A stretch of 63,999 nt of DNA, counting the filler, from Octopus bimaculoides (taxonomy: Eukaryota), in the NCBI RefSeq assembly GCF_001194135.2. It is 10 parts of 9 records of this genome, joined end to end, with 100 filler letters (N's around TTAATTAATTAA, not from the genome) between each part and the next. Parts side by side here need not be neighbours in the genome. Positions count along the whole stretch, not along the records: positions 60,948 to 63,999 come from NC_068987.1; 9 more parts are not named here. One strand, written 5' to 3'. Below the pieces are notes generated by a model. That model ran no database searches. It was not told the origin of the DNA and saw nothing but the letters and a program-made list of their open reading frames with translations. Below, piece by piece: positions 63,865 through 63,999 of the stretch (position 1 is its first letter; every line of letters begins with the position of its first letter). The position numbers and the translations under genes were made by a program.

Positions 63865-63999
63865 CGCAGAAACAAATGGAGAAACTATCAAAATGTAAAA
63901 ATTTGAAAAATAAATACGAAAAAAAAAAAACCAGAAGAGATATCTTCTAGAATGTGGGAAGTGAAAGCAGAATCAATTATCATAATAATAGGTGCCTTG
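63865..63999 (+). mobile_element. R4/Dong-like LINE C-terminal fragment
   Basis: KQMEKLSKCKNL...SRMWEVKAESIIIIIGAL echoes KEMEKLSKYKDL...RMW..KTETIP..GAL. Confidence 0.7.

Overview
AT-rich, gapped eukaryotic draft-assembly window. The SINE families look like those of Octopus; this is an inference from repeat sequences, not a database result. It contains many microsatellites, N-gaps and nine artificial TTAATTAATTAA spacers, so adjacency across those joins is unverified. One host gene is well supported: a + strand gene with a putative promoter and non-coding first exon near 17.5 kb and three coding exons (18838-18959, 22505-22670, 22859-23079). They splice in frame into an uncharacterised protein with two RWD/UBC-like motifs, and its 3' exons were not found. 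The rest is mostly transposon debris: R4/Dong-like, CRE, RTE and CR1/Jockey-group LINE fragments, Penelope-like RT and GIY-YIG fragments, a mariner 5' end, Helitron-like 3' ends, MITEs and three tRNA-type SINE families. The most unusual structures are a 4.4-kb CpG-dense CGTA/CGAA/TTCG satellite that repeatedly switches strand at re-used junction motifs and carries a conserved 19-bp box; a 130-bp MITE with a 9-bp TSD and a TTAGGG hairpin; a hairpin-rich leader before an ORF1-like start; a hammerhead-like motif; and a ~555-bp foldback associated with LINE 3' ends. No CRISPR, rRNA or bona fide tRNA genes are supported.
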